63,608 nucleotides of DNA, filler included, from Rhabdomonas costata (GCA_019059605.1; 52 parts of 52 records of this genome joined end to end with filler, not necessarily neighbours in it), one strand, 5' to 3'; positions 38,040-52,587 are shown, counted from the first letter of the whole stretch. Made by a program: numbers and translations. The notes: generated by a model from the sequence alone, not told the origin.

Positions 38040-38137
38040 ATATGTGGAGCCTGGGCTGCGTACTGTGTGGGCTGTACACGGGTTACCCCATCTTCCCTGG
38101 GGAGAACGAGACCGAGCAGCTCGCGTGCATCATGGAG
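38040..38137 (+). CDS. Exon of a DYRK-family (CMGC) protein kinase, subdomains IX-X
   Basis: cag|[33 protein letters not shown]|gt; [21 protein letters not shown] is the DYRK2/4-type signature. Confidence 0.9.
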
Positions 38138-39228
38138 GTCGCCTGTCGCCTGTCGCCCCTCTTTCCCTTCCCCAACGATGCCAACTTGCTTTTGGAGAAA
38201 AGAAAATCACAAAGTCACACAGCCTTTGCAGGGAAACAGGGAAATGAGGGCAAGGAAGCCCAGGGGGTCGTCGTTTTCCGTCGTTTTTTTGGTAGCTTGT
38301 TAGTCTGCTTCACTTCAAAGATGACCAGTTAGGTCGAAATCAAAGGACCTGGGAACCCTTCTTTGTTTTATCCGCTTTGTTGCATGGAAGGTCCACAGGT
38401 CTAGCAAAGGATGGCTCAAACTGTTAATGTTGAACGAGTCATATATTTGAATTGAAGATAAGATTGTGCTTTTGAATAGTAGTGGCTTCAAATGAATTTC
38501 CGCTGCTTGAAGGGTGACGCAGAAATAGGAGAAGGAGGTTCAGCGAGTGAATCGCCGGTTGGGATTTGTCCGTCTTCTTGTGCGGTGTGGTGTTCAGATT
38601 ATGGACGTCCCTCCCTCCGAAGTGCTTTCCCAGGCCACGCGGAAGAAGCAGGTGGATGGGCTTTTTTGCTCCCGCTTTCTTTTGTTTTCAATGCGATTGA
38701 ACAGTATCCAAAGGCCTCTCACCTGAGCAATAAAGGGGGTCCTCCACAATTGCAAAATAGGGAAGGATCTTTTCGGTTGACTTGACATGGCTTGGCTTCT
38801 ATGGCAATGCTGAGCTGTGAAAGCTCGATAGTAACAGGAGATGGGGCGCGCAGTATTTACACGACTCAACGCAAGACGTTTTCAGTCATTGAAACCCTGG
38901 CTTCACTTTACCAAGCAGAGGTGGAAGAGGCCAAAGAGGGGACGAGGAAGCGGAGCCTTTCCGCTGGTCTGATGTCCTCAGTGAGTGGGCGACTTCTCTC
39001 TCTCTCTCTCAACCCCAGCCCAGTGCATCCATCATCCCGTCGCACAGCACCGCGCACATCCAGAGCCCAACCCATCCTCCGATTTCAGATGCGAAGCATC
39101 CCACAAACACCNNNNNNNNNNNNNNNNNNNNNNNNNNNNNNNNNNNNNNNNNNNNTTAATTAATTAANNNNNNNNNNNNNNNNNNNNNNNNNNNNNNNNN
39201 NNNNNNNNNNNGGGGGGGTGGTTGACAG

Positions 39229-39833
39229 CACCAGGACGGTGCTGCTGTCCAGGCTGAGAAAGATTACCCCGGTCGTCGGGCTGATCAAGCCTCACATCCC
39301 GCTGATCACCCGGGTGTGCTCGAACCCCCACATTTGTTTTGCATTTTCTGAGAGTGGGGAAGTAGTGTTTTTGTGTGAACGCTATCCTGCACTCTGGAAG
39401 TGGGGAGGGGATCCTTTCCCCACTCATACGGCTTGCCCTTCCGCCATGAGTGTCCGTTTCTGCAGAAGCCTGTGATGCCCTGATACCCGCAAGCTCTCTT
39501 CGAGACGATCGTTGTTGGTGATGCATTGATGCATGGAGGTGGTAGTGATTGTGAAGCATTCTCGCCTTCATCTTTGAATTCCACGCGAACGGGATGACGG
39601 CAATCCATGCGTGGTCTTTTTTTACTCTTCCCGTTGTTCACACTTCCCTTCAGCCTGAGATCTGGAGCACGCTGGCCCCGCACTTGGATGCCCTCCTGGA
39701 CAACATCCACTACCTCGCCCCTCAACTTCCGGTCATCCTAAGAGTGGAGTACCGCTCGCTGCTGTTTCCGGTGCTGGGGCAGATCAAGCCATGCTTCGCG
39801 GAGGTGATGCCCCGCCTGCCAGTGATTCTGGAG
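39229..39833 (+). CDS. Two exons of a Leu/Pro-rich short-repeat protein
   Basis: ..LIKPHIPLITR|PEIWSTLAPHLDALLDNIHYLAPQLPVIL..IKPCFAEVMPRLPVILE|gtaag; repeating xPxLPxI unit; phase-0 intron. Confidence 0.65.
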
Positions 39834-41946
39834 GTAAGTCTCTCCCTCGGGATAGAGGACTGCAGGGAAGGCGAGGGAATGCACTGGCATGCCTTAGGCC
39901 CGCCTGCTTTGTGCAGGACAGGCAGAAAGACGTGTCCGGTCGTTCAGCATGCAGCACTGTTGGAGGGGCACAGCTCCCGCCTGATCCGTTATATTGCTGA
40001 CTTGAGGCGGCTTCCTCCTGTGCCCCCCCCCCCAAGCACACTGCGGAACATTTCCTTTCCATCTTTGAACTGCTGCACGTTTTTCTTTTCTCCCTCTGTT
40101 TTTTGTTGGATAGAAGGATAGAAACAGAAAGAGAAGTGAGCTGTGCCGCTCTCTCTATCTCACCTCGAACAGGGTTCAATAATAAATCACCAACAATCAA
40201 TAAATCGCCAACAAGAAATGACCTGCGGCTTGCGGGTGGAGGCTCAAAAATCAGACGAAAACAAGAGTTACAGTCCAGAACGCAGGGACTTTTTTCCCGC
40301 TACTCAAAACCCCATAACCTTGATACCCAACACCNNNNNNNNNNNNNNNNNNNNNNNNNNNNNNNNNNNNNNNNNNNNTTAATTAATTAANNNNNNNNNN
40401 NNNNNNNNNNNNNNNNNNNNNNNNNNNNNNNNNNCACGACCGTCCCCGCATCACTAGCTAGGAGGAGCATTTGGCCAGCAGAAAGCGGTGGAATTATGGC
40501 ATGTCGTGGTAACGATTCGCAGTGCGCATTCCGGCCATGTACCGTGCACTCAATGCAGTTGGTCCGGAGACACCACGGAGGCTCAGCCCTGTTTTAAATT
40601 TGGTTGGAGGCCACTTGCGGACAAACTGCTCAGCCAGGCCTCCCGCCTACTTCGGAAGAACTGACCAAAGATCCCGCCAAATGCTCGGACGTTCTTGGTG
40701 ACGGCAGTGGATCAAGCAAGCGATCGCACTGTGGTGGAGCCTGGGACGCAACATCTATCAGAGCCCGCGCAGTTTTCGCAGCTTTGTGAAGGTAAAGGTT
40801 CCATTTACTTTGCCATACGACATGAGGCGCTGTATTTGCTGTATACTAGAGCTCAGAGAAACCAAAGTTCGGTGGCCATTTGCGGATAATGTGGTGGCTC
40901 CCGACCTGCCAAATCTCTCTGATATGGGATGCTGTTCCTACATAGGGCTTCACGTTCCGCGCTTTGATGGCCATCTAGTTTCCAGGGAATTGGTTACAGT
41001 CCATCTGTGTCCTTGAAGAGCGCAAGCAGCGCACATTCCATTGATTGAACACGCCATTGAAGCAATTCTAGACCGCGTCGGTTGAGTTCTTCAAAGCACC
41101 GGCTCCTTGTTTCTAGCGGTGCAAAAACTGTTGAAACAAAGCGGCAATACACAGGAGCAGAAGAACAAAAGCACAGAAGCACAAAAGGGCCGAATCTAAT
41201 AGATGGAGACTTCTATGAGAGGCGCGCGGGCAAACGAAAAAAGCAGGCGTCCGGAGGCAAATGGAATGGCAGAAAGATGGCGCTTGGGTGGACAGATAAA
41301 AAGCGGTTGAGGCCGCAGGTCTCGCGCAAAGGAGCTGGCGACGAGAAAACCACAAAGCCCACAACAGCAACGCACAGGGAGAACACACAAGGCCGGAGGG
41401 AAAAACAGAAACTTGCAGATTATGCCGGAATTGTGGGCGGTCGTGTGAAGGAAAAACGTGCCGGCCGCCAGGTGGAATGGTGGAATGGTGAAAGGGTGAA
41501 TGCGGGTGGGGGCGGTGGTTGGTGTGCTGCGTACCGTCCTTTCACCATTCCACCACCACNNNNNNNNNNNNNNNNNNNNNNNNNNNNNNNNNNNNNNNNN
41601 NNNTTAATTAATTAANNNNNNNNNNNNNNNNNNNNNNNNNNNNNNNNNNNNNNNNNNNNGTGTGTGTGTGTGGCACATATACAATGACAGAGGAGAGATC
41701 CGTTCCGACCCAATGACACGGCGGCACAGGTTCGTAGAATTACGGTGGCAGCAACATCACACGCAGAAAGGAACACGAGCGAAAAAAGGGTGATGAAAGG
41801 CAAGGAGGAAAAGGTTTGGGAGAGATCACCACTTTATCACTGGGACAGTGCAGTGATGCTCATCGCACATCCGTGTCGGATGCATCGTACATTGGGAGAG
41901 CAAATGCAAGTACATCAGAGATGTACGCATCCCATATTGAACGTAC

Positions 41947-42150
41947 CCTTAAGTAGCTCAGCACAGGCCTTCGCCTCAGCCACCGCCCTGCGGCTCTGGT
42001 GGCGGAGTTGGTGTTGCCCAGCTCGAACTTTGCGAACAGCAAGGGCGCCGTGGGGCGCAGCAGAGCGGCCACGGGGACCGGGGTCTGTGCGACCACGCGG
42101 GCCAGCCGCGCTGAGGTGTTCACAAGGATCCCCAGAGGGATGGGCACCAC
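41947..42150 (-). CDS. Probable exon of an unidentified protein (boundaries approximate)
   Basis: cag|VVPIPLGILVNTSARLARVVAQTPVPVAALLRPTAPLLFAKFELGN..SYLR|gtacgt. Confidence 0.5.
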
Positions 42151-43004
42151 CTGCGCACACACAGCCCAGTGCCAGTATACACAGCACGAGAGGCCGCGGA
42201 AGAACCCGTCTCAAACCTCCCTCCAGCGAACCCAGGATTTTTACTTGGAACAGAGAGTGAGGAAAAAGCGGAAAAAGAAAGAAGCAGAAAAGATGTCCCT
42301 CGCATGCAACCGCGTTGCCTGTGGTGCTCGCCCGATGGACCCTATTGCACCATCGCAAGGCAGTCTGTCAAGAGAACACAAAATCCCAACATCGTTTCAC
42401 ATAACCATAACTGTTATCAGCTTGACCCCTCCCACACCACTCCTTCAACCCTACGTTTACAACCCATCTTTGCCCCAGTAAATCAGTTCTTCCCTTGCAC
42501 CCAAACAGTAAACACTTTACTGTGATCTTTCAGGTTCAGCTTTTCCTGTACAAAAATATTGCCAATTTCTTTCCTACAAACGTTGAGCACTGCTGATGGA
42601 GGAGTATCGCCCAAAAGTGCCTGGTGATTGCTCCTGAGCTTGCTATAGAAACATCCCATTTCTGACTGCATTTTTGACTGCCAGCACTGTCAGTGTCCGT
42701 CCGTTAAATCTGTGCCACCCGTGACAGCGGAGACAACTCGAGAAAAGGGGAATGCCACGACGGGGAAATGCGGTTGCGACGGCGNNNNNNNNNNNNNNNN
42801 NNNNNNNNNNNNNNNNNNNNNNNNNNNNTTAATTAATTAANNNNNNNNNNNNNNNNNNNNNNNNNNNNNNNNNNNNNNNNNNNNATATCCATGTGTGGTG
42901 GCTTCCTGTCCTGAATAATTGTCATATTTTTTATTGTCTGTTTTCAGGGTTTGTGTTGCGCTTAGTGCGGTGTGTGTGTGTGTGTGTGTGGATGGGATGC
43001 TCAG

Positions 43005-43949
43005 TTTTCGAAAGTCCAGAGTGGCATGCTGGAGCTTGACCTCCGGCCCTTTGTGGTGCACGACTGCATCGACCATACCCTGGAGATCGTGCAGATGAGG
43101 GCTGAGGCCTCGGGTCTGGAACTAGTCTCGTGGGTGAGCTCTGCGATGCCCAGGGTGATGGTGGGAGATGGTGGGAGGCTGCAGCAGATCCTATTGAACC
43201 TCCTGAACAATGCCATCAAGGTTCCACTGTCGACCTCTTTCCACTTCGCTTTCCACAGACACATTCCTGCATTCTAGTCAGGGCTGACCTCCAAACCCTG
43301 ATTGCCTGGGAGGAAGGAGGACAGTTTTTACTCGAAGCGTCGGCGGATGTGTTACCGCTTTTTCTATCCCAGCAGAAGGATATACCAAAAATGCAAACTC
43401 CTGCGTAACGAAACGGCAGTCCGGCAATAATAACAGCAAGAGTGGATGTCAGCGTGAAAATGGGTCCAGGGGTCGAAGAAGCTCAGCCACTCCTGTGTTC
43501 CAGACAATGTGTTTAGAGTGCAAGAAGCTCTGAAGACCACCACAAGGAAGGCCGACGCAGAGGCAAAGTCATGTGTGTGTGAAAAACAAAGCGGTAACGA
43601 CGTTTGACAAGACGGGACGGTGCATGTGTTTGTTTGTGTATGGAGTTTTACAGCACAGAGACTGAAAAAGGAAAAATGCGCAAGCAAAAAACCTATGAAA
43701 GGAAACCTGCTTCCTTCGTTCTGCGTAAATTATCTTGCCCAACTCTCACATGTGTGTTCACGAGTGAAACGATGGGAATACAGGCAGGGGTGTCTCTCTC
43801 TGTTTTTCAGTTCACCCCGAGAGGGAAGATCACACTTCGTTGCCATCTCGACGCCAACGATGGTCGTCTGATGTTTCAAGTCGAGGACACTGGCATTGGA
43901 ATTTCGGCTGAGACCATGGAAAGGCTTTTCCAGCCCTTCGTGCAAGCTG
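43005..43949 (+). CDS. Sensor histidine kinase (hybrid-type HATPase_c); two exons, 43005-43220 and 43811-43949
   Basis: FSKVQSGMLEL..GDGGRLQQILLNLLNNAIK|FT (N box), VEDTGIGI (G1 box), LFQPFVQA (F box); GT-AG intron in frame. Confidence 0.93.
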
Positions 43950-44162
43950 GTATCCCTCCATCTACGCCTCCCACCTCTTGAAATTTCTCTTTATATAACC
44001 AAAACCCCCNNNNNNNNNNNNNNNNNNNNNNNNNNNNNNNNNNNNNNNNNNNNTTAATTAATTAANNNNNNNNNNNNNNNNNNNNNNNNNNNNNNNNNNN
44101 NNNNNNNNNTCATGTTGCTCCTTTCTTTAAGGAAGTAATGGGGGGGGGGTTCTGTTTTGCAG

Positions 44163-44948
44163 GCCGCCTTCGTCGAGAATGGCATCGACAGGAAGCGGTT
44201 CGATGAGCTCAGCAGTATGTGCCCTGTCACCAACAAGAGGAGCGAGCACAAATAGTGTAAGGGGATAGAGGGCCAATTTATTGCCCGAAAAGGTCAGCTT
44301 TTGGAGGTGGCTTCATGGTGCTGTTGAATGCATTTCTCTCTCTCACTTTTCTTCTGAAATTACGCCCACTCCCCCACCCAAAAAAAGGGCGAGACCTGTG
44401 TCCTGACGAACCTTTGTCGTCTTTCTCTTTTTTATCCCCAAGAATACCATGTAAACCTAGTGGTCTGTGTCATATCAAGAATTCAGTGACGTTTGTGTGT
44501 GTGTGCTGTGGGAATTTCACCAGCAAAAAGAAAAAAGAAATGTGTCGGACAATGAAACTCCCTCACTACTCAGGATCATGTGCCTTTCCTTCTTGCGCGC
44601 CCTGAAACGTCATGATCCGCCGAGTACCTTTGCCCGCAGTTCACTAAATAATCCTCACCACTGATCACCCCCTCCACCGCAGACAACTTCGCGGTGCTCA
44701 ACCACTTGTGCTCCAACCCTGTCCTGGACACGATCAACGAGCTGGAGGAGCCTCAGGACAGCGAGGCCGCGCAGGTCCGGTCCGCGAAGGGCTACGTCGA
44801 GTACATCTGCAAGTACACCAGCAACCGTGGCGCCCAGACGGTCGAGAACGAGGCCTGGGTGAAGGAAAACATTAAGACCCTGTGCGAGAAAGTCCGCGAG
44901 TATGAAGAACAACTGGGCAGCCCAGCGTCGCCCTCCCTATCCCCTTAG
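44163..44948 (+). CDS. Last two exons (44163-44214, 44683-44948) of an unidentified protein
   Basis: Phase-1 splice joins AAFVENGIDRKRFDELS to NNFAVLNHLCSNPVLDTINELEEP..SLSP*; strong G/C bias at third codon positions. Confidence 0.7.
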
Positions 44949-47900
44949 CACGTAAAAAAAAACTATTGTAACACCATTTGTGTCGTAGTCGAGCCGCTGC
45001 TCAGCGTTGACAAGGGCAAGTAAGTTCTTCCGGGTCATCCTGTCTCTTCGGAAATGTCGCTACCTCCCCGTCCCTCGGCATAAAAATGACGTCCCATCAC
45101 AAAGTCCCATTCCCTGTACACAAGATGCAGCACGTCAGTAATCAGTCCTCAGTGTTCAGGTATTTGGGCCCAGAGTCCGACTTTCACGAGCCCGCTGGCA
45201 CAGCACTCCCTTGCCGTGACCCCAACCCCCAACCNNNNNNNNNNNNNNNNNNNNNNNNNNNNNNNNNNNNNNNNNNNNTTAATTAATTAANNNNNNNNNN
45301 NNNNNNNNNNNNNNNNNNNNNNNNNNNNNNNNNNGGTTTGTGTTATGTTCATAGCTGTATTTCTCTCGTGTGGATTTCCTTTCCTGGATTTCCAGAGCAT
45401 TTGGAGAGTGAAACTGAGATTTTGTTGGCAACGTAATGATCAACATCATTTTATCATTCCTGTGATTTGGCTATCACTTCATTCATATTCTCAAACATTT
45501 ATGTACCATGTTTTATGGTGCAAACTTCCACAATCTGGTACCCATGGCATGTAAGTAAATAAAGGCATATCATAATGTGGCATGGTTGTATTGATTCCTT
45601 AATACATGTGGTCAATATAATGCATTAGTTTGATCATGAAATTGTATTATGCATGCTCTCATCGTAGATGATTGACATACATCATTGGAGTTTCAGTTGC
45701 GACATGCCGACTTGAACGGCACCACCTACCACCAATCGCGCTCTTGCAAGGTGCATGACACATCCAAGCCTCCACCCTACACCGCTGTGGCGACTACCAC
45801 TGGAACCTCATCACTTGCGTCCAGAAAACGGCGGGACTTCGAGTCTCCACTGGAGCAGTCTCGTATGTCAGTACTCCAGCTCCTGACCAACAAACTCCTC
45901 GTTTAATTCCATCTCCACCCACGCCTGCTCCTTTTCTATCCGCACCTGCCACCGTATACATTGACACCACTGCTCTCACTTCAGTCCTATCGAAGTTCTT
46001 CCACATCCATTACCCAAAGTCCTCATCCACATTCACCCACACCCTTCTAGCCAGCGTCACTCTCTTCATTCTCTCAATATCAACGCTCCTTGGGACATTT
46101 TTGCCAATGGGCCCGTTTGCATATCATGGAAAGCACACGTTCCACGAATCTGTCCACTTTGTTTTCCATATTGGACACTTACATAGTCCATTTTTCAATA
46201 CTCATATACTTCTACGCTCCGCACTTTCTTGTATGCGGCAACACACTCACACCCTTCTGCTTCACACTTGCTTTGCATTAACTCGCATCATCCAGCGACA
46301 TCATTCCACGCTCCGGATGTTGTCTAAGCCCATTTGGTTCACCTTCCGCGACCTTCTACAGGCCTCTATCCTCTGCCGTGTCGTGCTCTTGCTGTCATTA
46401 TTATTTCTTCTCAGCATTTCCGAAGTCTCCTCTTTGTTCCCGCATCGTTTACAAACACCCACANNNNNNNNNNNNNNNNNNNNNNNNNNNNNNNNNNNNN
46501 NNNNNNNTTAATTAATTAANNNNNNNNNNNNNNNNNNNNNNNNNNNNNNNNNNNNNNNNNNNNGAGGAACACGAGGAACATGATGGATCGTAGCTACCGA
46601 TTGAAACGAGTGTGAAGACTGGTTCTGCATTCTTCTCATCTGGTTACGCATCTCTGCATCTGGTTTGGAATGTTGGCACGGAGGTTGGATTGTAGGGTTA
46701 CTTACTTATTCCATCCCTTCTACTCCTACGACTCAACACAGAGTATGGTTCGCTCCACAGCTGTCACAGATACTCTCTACCTCTACCCCTACCTCTATCA
46801 CCCATTAGTCGCTCCACCACCGTAATGATGGTTACGCTCACTGATGGAGGATGGATGTTGAGTTGGGTGGGTTGATCTCGACGACATCCACTAAGAAGAG
46901 TTGGCTCATACAGGATGCCTAACGCCTACGCAACCATTTCCACTCTTACCTTGTGGTTTCTACCGGAGGATGGTTCAACGGTGGGTAGGGCATATGACTC
47001 ATATACACGTTGCTTAGGCATATCCTCCTTCTTACCTTCTGTGGAGTGTGGTGGTGGCATTGTGGCATCGACATCCACCATGCACCTTGACATCTCGCCG
47101 TGGTAGGTTGTCAGTATCTTACTGCATGTAGGTTCTCTTTTCCACTTGGCTGGGATTCAGTACTCACCAGTTGTGGGCTGTTACCCAACGCTCGGATTCT
47201 TTTGGCGTGGGGCTGATGATCGCATAGCCATACGCTACGCTACGGTACGGTTATAACCTCACACCCACCACAAGGCCAACAAGTCCAAAGCAACACCAAA
47301 AAAGTACCGAACACCGTAACGCCGATACCATCATCACGCAAGGCCAGGGCAACCAGACGACAGCAAACGAACAGCGTAAAAAAAGCGAAGATGTAGCAAA
47401 GGAAACCATAGCAACCAAGGAACTGCACACCGAACCCACCAATGCCCATCCAGACACTAACGCTTGCGCAATCAGAACCAAAGAAACCACGGAATACCCC
47501 TATGCGGAAGGACCGAAACCAAGCACCACAAACACGCCCACCACAGACACCATGCAAGCCCAAAACCAGCACCAATCAAGCACGCACCGACACAGAGGAA
47601 GTAGCAGACACAGCGAGAGAACCCAGAGCAACAACGAATGCAAGAAGGCCGAAGACCAACACCGAATTCAGAGACGCAAAACCGAAGCNNNNNNNNNNNN
47701 NNNNNNNNNNNNNNNNNNNNNNNNNNNNNNNNTTAATTAATTAANNNNNNNNNNNNNNNNNNNNNNNNNNNNNNNNNNNNNNNNNNNNGGGGGGGTGGGG
47801 CTCAGTATGTGTGTTGGCCATCGTTTGGAGATCCCCGTCATTGGTGTTGTCGGTTTCTGGTGTCCTTCCCCTCTTCGTCCACATGCCTCCCCCACTTCTC

Positions 47901-48091
47901 TGACGCCTTTTCCCCATTAATTCCTTTCCACCCTATCCTGCAAGTTAGTTTGTCAAATGTTTTCTGCACAGTATTTCGGATGTGCGTATCCCAGAACATC
48001 TTGTCTGTTGTTTTCAGCAACCTCTCCAAACCACATCACATTGACTGATGACAACAATACCAATCACATTGACCCAAAAAGAAAGGAAAAC

Positions 48092-48563
48092 CTTCCGGAA
48101 TAGCGCCGTCCAGCATGACTTGCCGCATGGCCTGCCCCTCAGGGGTGTCCAGCCGGAGCTGGGCTCGTACGGCGTTGCCCAGTCCCAGATGCATACAGCC
48201 CAACTGCTGTTCAAGCCTGGCGCACAGCGTGTCCTGTTGTTAGGAATATTAGCAAAAAAAAAACAGCACAATCATCACAGGGGTGATGGCTGTAAAATAA
48301 CGATCCAAGCCAAATGCCTTTACCCGTAATCGAGGCTGGGTCCCAATCGCCATTTCCATTCAATTGAAGCCAGGCGTTTTCTTCCAAGATGGTTTGAAGG
48401 TGGAATCTTCTAAGTTAATGTGAAGTGTTACATATATTTGCAATCCAAGTTCGCCAAACCCTTCATCACCTCAACCCCAAACCTTGCCGCTTCCCGGTCC
48501 ACCCAGCACAAAGGCCACCGAGACTTCCGGAACGGGCTGTGCAGTGAGCTCGGCGAGAAAACT
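48092..48563 (-). CDS. Adenylate/UMP-CMP kinase family domain; two exons, 48563-48483 and 48233-48092
   Basis: VAFVLGGPGSGK|DTLCARLEQQLGCMHLGLGNAVRAQL..EGQAMRQVMLDG: P-loop plus NMP-binding region. Confidence 0.85.
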
Positions 48564-51000
48564 CTGCAAAGGGGTAACCTGATTCCCACGGAAGGGAAAA
48601 CGAAGTTGAACAAGTACCATATATTTTTCATTTGAAAGATCTTGGCATATGGTTTCACCCTCACACACAGATACACAATGATGCGGAACCTGCTGGAACG
48701 GGTCTTCAGAGAAACGATGGCGAAATTTAACCCAAGTCATCCAAATTACTTCCGAATCACCGAAGGCGCAGAGAAGAACGGTGGATTAACAATGGCCCGT
48801 TTTTTCTGACAGACCCTTCCCTCCTCCCATTTGCGCACCGGGGAGTTCGAGGAAACGCTTCCCAGGGCACGCTGAACAGCCACCTCCAGAGGTGACATCC
48901 CCCCTTCTGCCANNNNNNNNNNNNNNNNNNNNNNNNNNNNNNNNNNNNNNNNNNNNTTAATTAATTAANNNNNNNNNNNNNNNNNNNNNNNNNNNNNNNN
49001 NNNNNNNNNNNNTGTGGTTTTTGCCATGTCACTTCATGTCACTCTCAACAATTCAAGTGCGCTCTCAACAATGCTTCCTGTTGTAGAGTGATTTCGAATT
49101 TTTGGGAACGAAATTCTATTGTGGGTTTTTGGGCAACTCAAGTCATGGACTAGAACCGCGTGCCTGGAAGCGGGGATTCGCTCGGCTATCCTCTCTCTGC
49201 TTTAAGAAGTGGGATGTGCTCCCTTCAACCGAACCCACAACCATGTTAACGTGCCTTTCCGCCTCTCCAATGCAGGACCTCGTCGAAGCTGCCCTCGCCC
49301 TTCATGACGGCCTTGCCCAGCACCCCAGGCACCTCGCCACCCCGGGCCCACCCCAACGTCATCACAATGACCGCAGAGGTCGTGGGATAACAGCAACTGA
49401 TAATCGGGGGGGGGGGTACTTGCTCTCTTTTTGGGCTTTCGTTGTTGTGCATTGCAACGTTGGCTGCGCTTTATCATGCAAGTATTCATGCGAGGAATGT
49501 GTGATGGCGGTTCGATTGAAGGAGGCTGTGTGTGTGCAGCACTGCTGTCTTTCTACATGCCTGTCACGGAGTATTTGATTGAAGGTTCCCTCTGTGCGGG
49601 TGGAATTTTTGCGGCAGTCTTCCGCGTGCAGTCGGCGTGTCTGGATGCATTTCCTGTCTTTTGTGTGGCTGTGGTTGTATGATGCGGAAAACAGGAAGTG
49701 GAAGGTCTTTTGTGACACTTCACCTGCGGTGCATTCTTGGAGTTCCGGGAGCTCATGCGTTCATCATCATGGGAGGGAAGGAGGAAGATCGATACTTCGA
49801 AAACAAATGGAGACCTTGCGGTTCACGATCAGAATTGGATGCATGGATGCGCCTAACCTGCTTGATGTGATGACACAGCTAGGAAAGCTGAGGCCCAGGG
49901 TTTGGGGGTTATCATGGAGTTCTTTGATAGATATTGTTTGTCGGGAATTATTTACATCGCCAACGCTGAAGATTTTCTTTTAGGGTGAAGCCCGAAGGGA
50001 TGAGGGTGAAGCCCGAAGCAATGCTAAGAAATTTTTCGGAAAAAAGAATGGTAGCGTCGCGCTCACGTGTGCTGCTCTGGAGGGCGAAGCCGAGGAGGCC
50101 CGGGTTCTTTAATATATTCAGCAGCCCACCCAACACCNNNNNNNNNNNNNNNNNNNNNNNNNNNNNNNNNNNNNNNNNNNNTTAATTAATTAANNNNNNN
50201 NNNNNNNNNNNNNNNNNNNNNNNNNNNNNNNNNNNNNGCTCGGTCTTGGGGTCTTGGTCTGTCCCCCCTGAAGACAGTGAGGTCAAAAAGACAATCGCAT
50301 CGGATACCTAGTGTGGTACCGGGTACGAACCGACCCCTTGGGGTACCACTCTTCTCGGTCTTACCATTATTTATTAGGATATCACTGCAGGGCATTGAAT
50401 TACGTTTGGTGCAGAGGCCGGGTGGACGGGGAAGTGTGGAAGCCGTCGGTTTGGTTTGGTGTTCAGGAGGGTTTTCATCCACCAGGTCCTCTTTGTCATG
50501 TCGTCGTTGTTTTGCAAAAAGGGTTGGGTGAACTTTATGACACTCCCACTACTGACTAGTTTTTGTTGGTCCACACTGTCTTGCGTTGCGGAGCGGGACA
50601 AGATCCTTGGTACTTAAACACGGAGGGCGAGTGTCATTTCCGAGTAAAAAGTATCAAGGAGCGATGGTTGTCCGCAGACAATATCTTCTTCCTCACTATC
50701 ACCAGGGGGGGGGGGACATCCCAAGCCCAATTATTAATTAATGTGACCCTGCCCAACAAACTTTTGCGATCAGATGACATTCCGGAGAAAAGCCAAAACA
50801 TGTAAATCAAGACAAATGCAAAAGCTGACAAAAGCTGACAACTCTACAGAACGCTAAAACTCATCTGGCCCACCTGACAGTGCTGTGCGACGGTTTCCAA
50901 TTTTCATGCGTAAAAGTGTACTGAGGTCTTTTGAGGTCTTGTTGCCCTCACTGAATTCAAAAGAAGAGAGGGCGGGTTGCTCGAAATAATTGAAAGAGAC

Positions 51001-51277
51001 CTGAGTATACGCTGCCAGTGCTTTGTTCTTTTGGTCCTCACCAGTGGCGACCTCGGACCAGTACCTGTGATAGTCACCCTTGAGCTGCAAAAGATCAGTG
51101 TGGAAACTCGGCGACCAGCACACTTAACACAAACCCGGCAAGCACAAAAAGCATTTCTTCCACAAAGCACACCTTGAGGAAGAAAACTTTTGCTTCTCCA
51201 GGTTGGGCACTGGGAATCAGGTGGGCGTCCAAGAGACTGACTACATCATCGCAAATCTCAACAACTTCTTTTTCAAC
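51001..51277 (-). CDS. 14-3-3 protein; two exons, 51277-51173 and 51084-51001
   Basis: VEKEVVEICDDVVSLLDAHLIPSA..EAKVFFLK|LKGDYHRYWSEVATG. Confidence 0.95.
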
Positions 51278-51590
51278 CTGCACGCAAGGGCAGCTCAATT
51301 TCGAGTCGACAAAATTGAATCATCGTGCAAGTTCATCACAGCTTATTTACTTCCAAACAAAANNNNNNNNNNNNNNNNNNNNNNNNNNNNNNNNNNNNNN
51401 NNNNNNTTAATTAATTAANNNNNNNNNNNNNNNNNNNNNNNNNNNNNNNNNNNNNNNNNNNNGGGGTGGGGTCCCTTTATCTACGTGCGACACTCAGCAA
51501 CCCAACAGCAAGCGAAATTCATGGGGGCAACCGTGTAAGTGTGGAGGCTCCTTCTCCATTGGATGTGGTGTAGCTTCCGGTCCACGTCCA

Positions 51591-52587
51591 ATGGAGTATC
51601 TCGTCCCGTCGCCAAGATCCGCAGCTATCCCGCTGTCAACTTCCCCTTTGATTATCTGGAGGCAGTGGCGAATTCCAATGCTCCTGGTGTTCACCCTTCC
51701 TGCTGTCTTGACGCTTGGCGCGGTGTTCGGATTGACCTGGGGTTTTGTTGGGAGCACTGCCAACACCTCGGTTGGAGATGCGGTGGCGCTTTTGAACAAA
51801 GCATCTGCTGTGAATTTCAAGCTTTCAGGGGATAGCTTCTTGTTCAACAAGGCGATGCAGGAGAGCTCTCTTTTGCCAGATGCCAATGATGTTGAAATAT
51901 GGTATGTAATTTCGGAGTTGAGAACGGTCCTCTTGAACGACGATACCCTCACGAGCTTGACGATTAGTCAGCGACTTGGAAACACGATTCAGTTGTCCAA
52001 GGTCCTTTCCAACGGCACGGATGGCACACTACTACTGGGAATGAGCCCATTTAATGGGACCAACATGACCTTTTGGCGCCTCAGCACGCCCCTGTTGAAT
52101 GACACATTGGAGGGGGCGGTTGTTGCCACGCTTCCCTTCATTGCGAGCTCTGAGCCATGGTACCAAGCCGCACTTGAGCAACCGGAGACCGGCTTTGCTC
52201 TCACAGGCCCCCGGTTTCACCCCTTTTTGAATGCGAAAGAGTTCGTTCTCAGCTGCCCTCCAGACGCCCATGATCCCATTGGTCCTCCCATAGTTTTGGG
52301 GATTGGGTTTACCGTGCAGGCTCTCTTCCGCTCCATGCTGGAGGCGTACGGCATGCTTCGGACCACAGGAGTGATGCTCTTAATGGACGAAACTCATGGC
52401 ATCTTGATGTCCTCCTCCTCGAAGATTCCCACGTCGGGGGAACTGTTGCGGGTCAGCCTGACCACAACCACCGTTGACGTGCAGACCGATACCTTCCAGA
52501 GCTTTGGGGAGTACTTCCTGCTGGTCAGGCCCATTCGCGGGTTGGTCAGCCGGCTGCGAGATTTGCGAGATGCCCTTGACAGCGGAG
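51591..52587 (+). CDS. Membrane receptor N-terminus with a TM helix and a Cache-like extracellular domain (3' truncated)
   Basis: Uninterrupted ORF of more than 330 aa; TM segment LLVFTLPAVLTLGAVFGLTWGFV; 'EPWYQAA' Cache-like motif; 'LLMDETHGILMSSS'. Confidence 0.7.

Noticed and set aside
38068..38072. Gly (GGG) in place of the usual Glu in kinase subdomain IX as evidence of editing or a variant code
   Set aside because: A single substitution; all other conserved exons translate normally
45335..46463. Degenerate non-LTR retroelement 3' end
   Set aside because: Strand skew and a few Cys/Trp residues are suggestive, but there are many stops and no diagnostic motif
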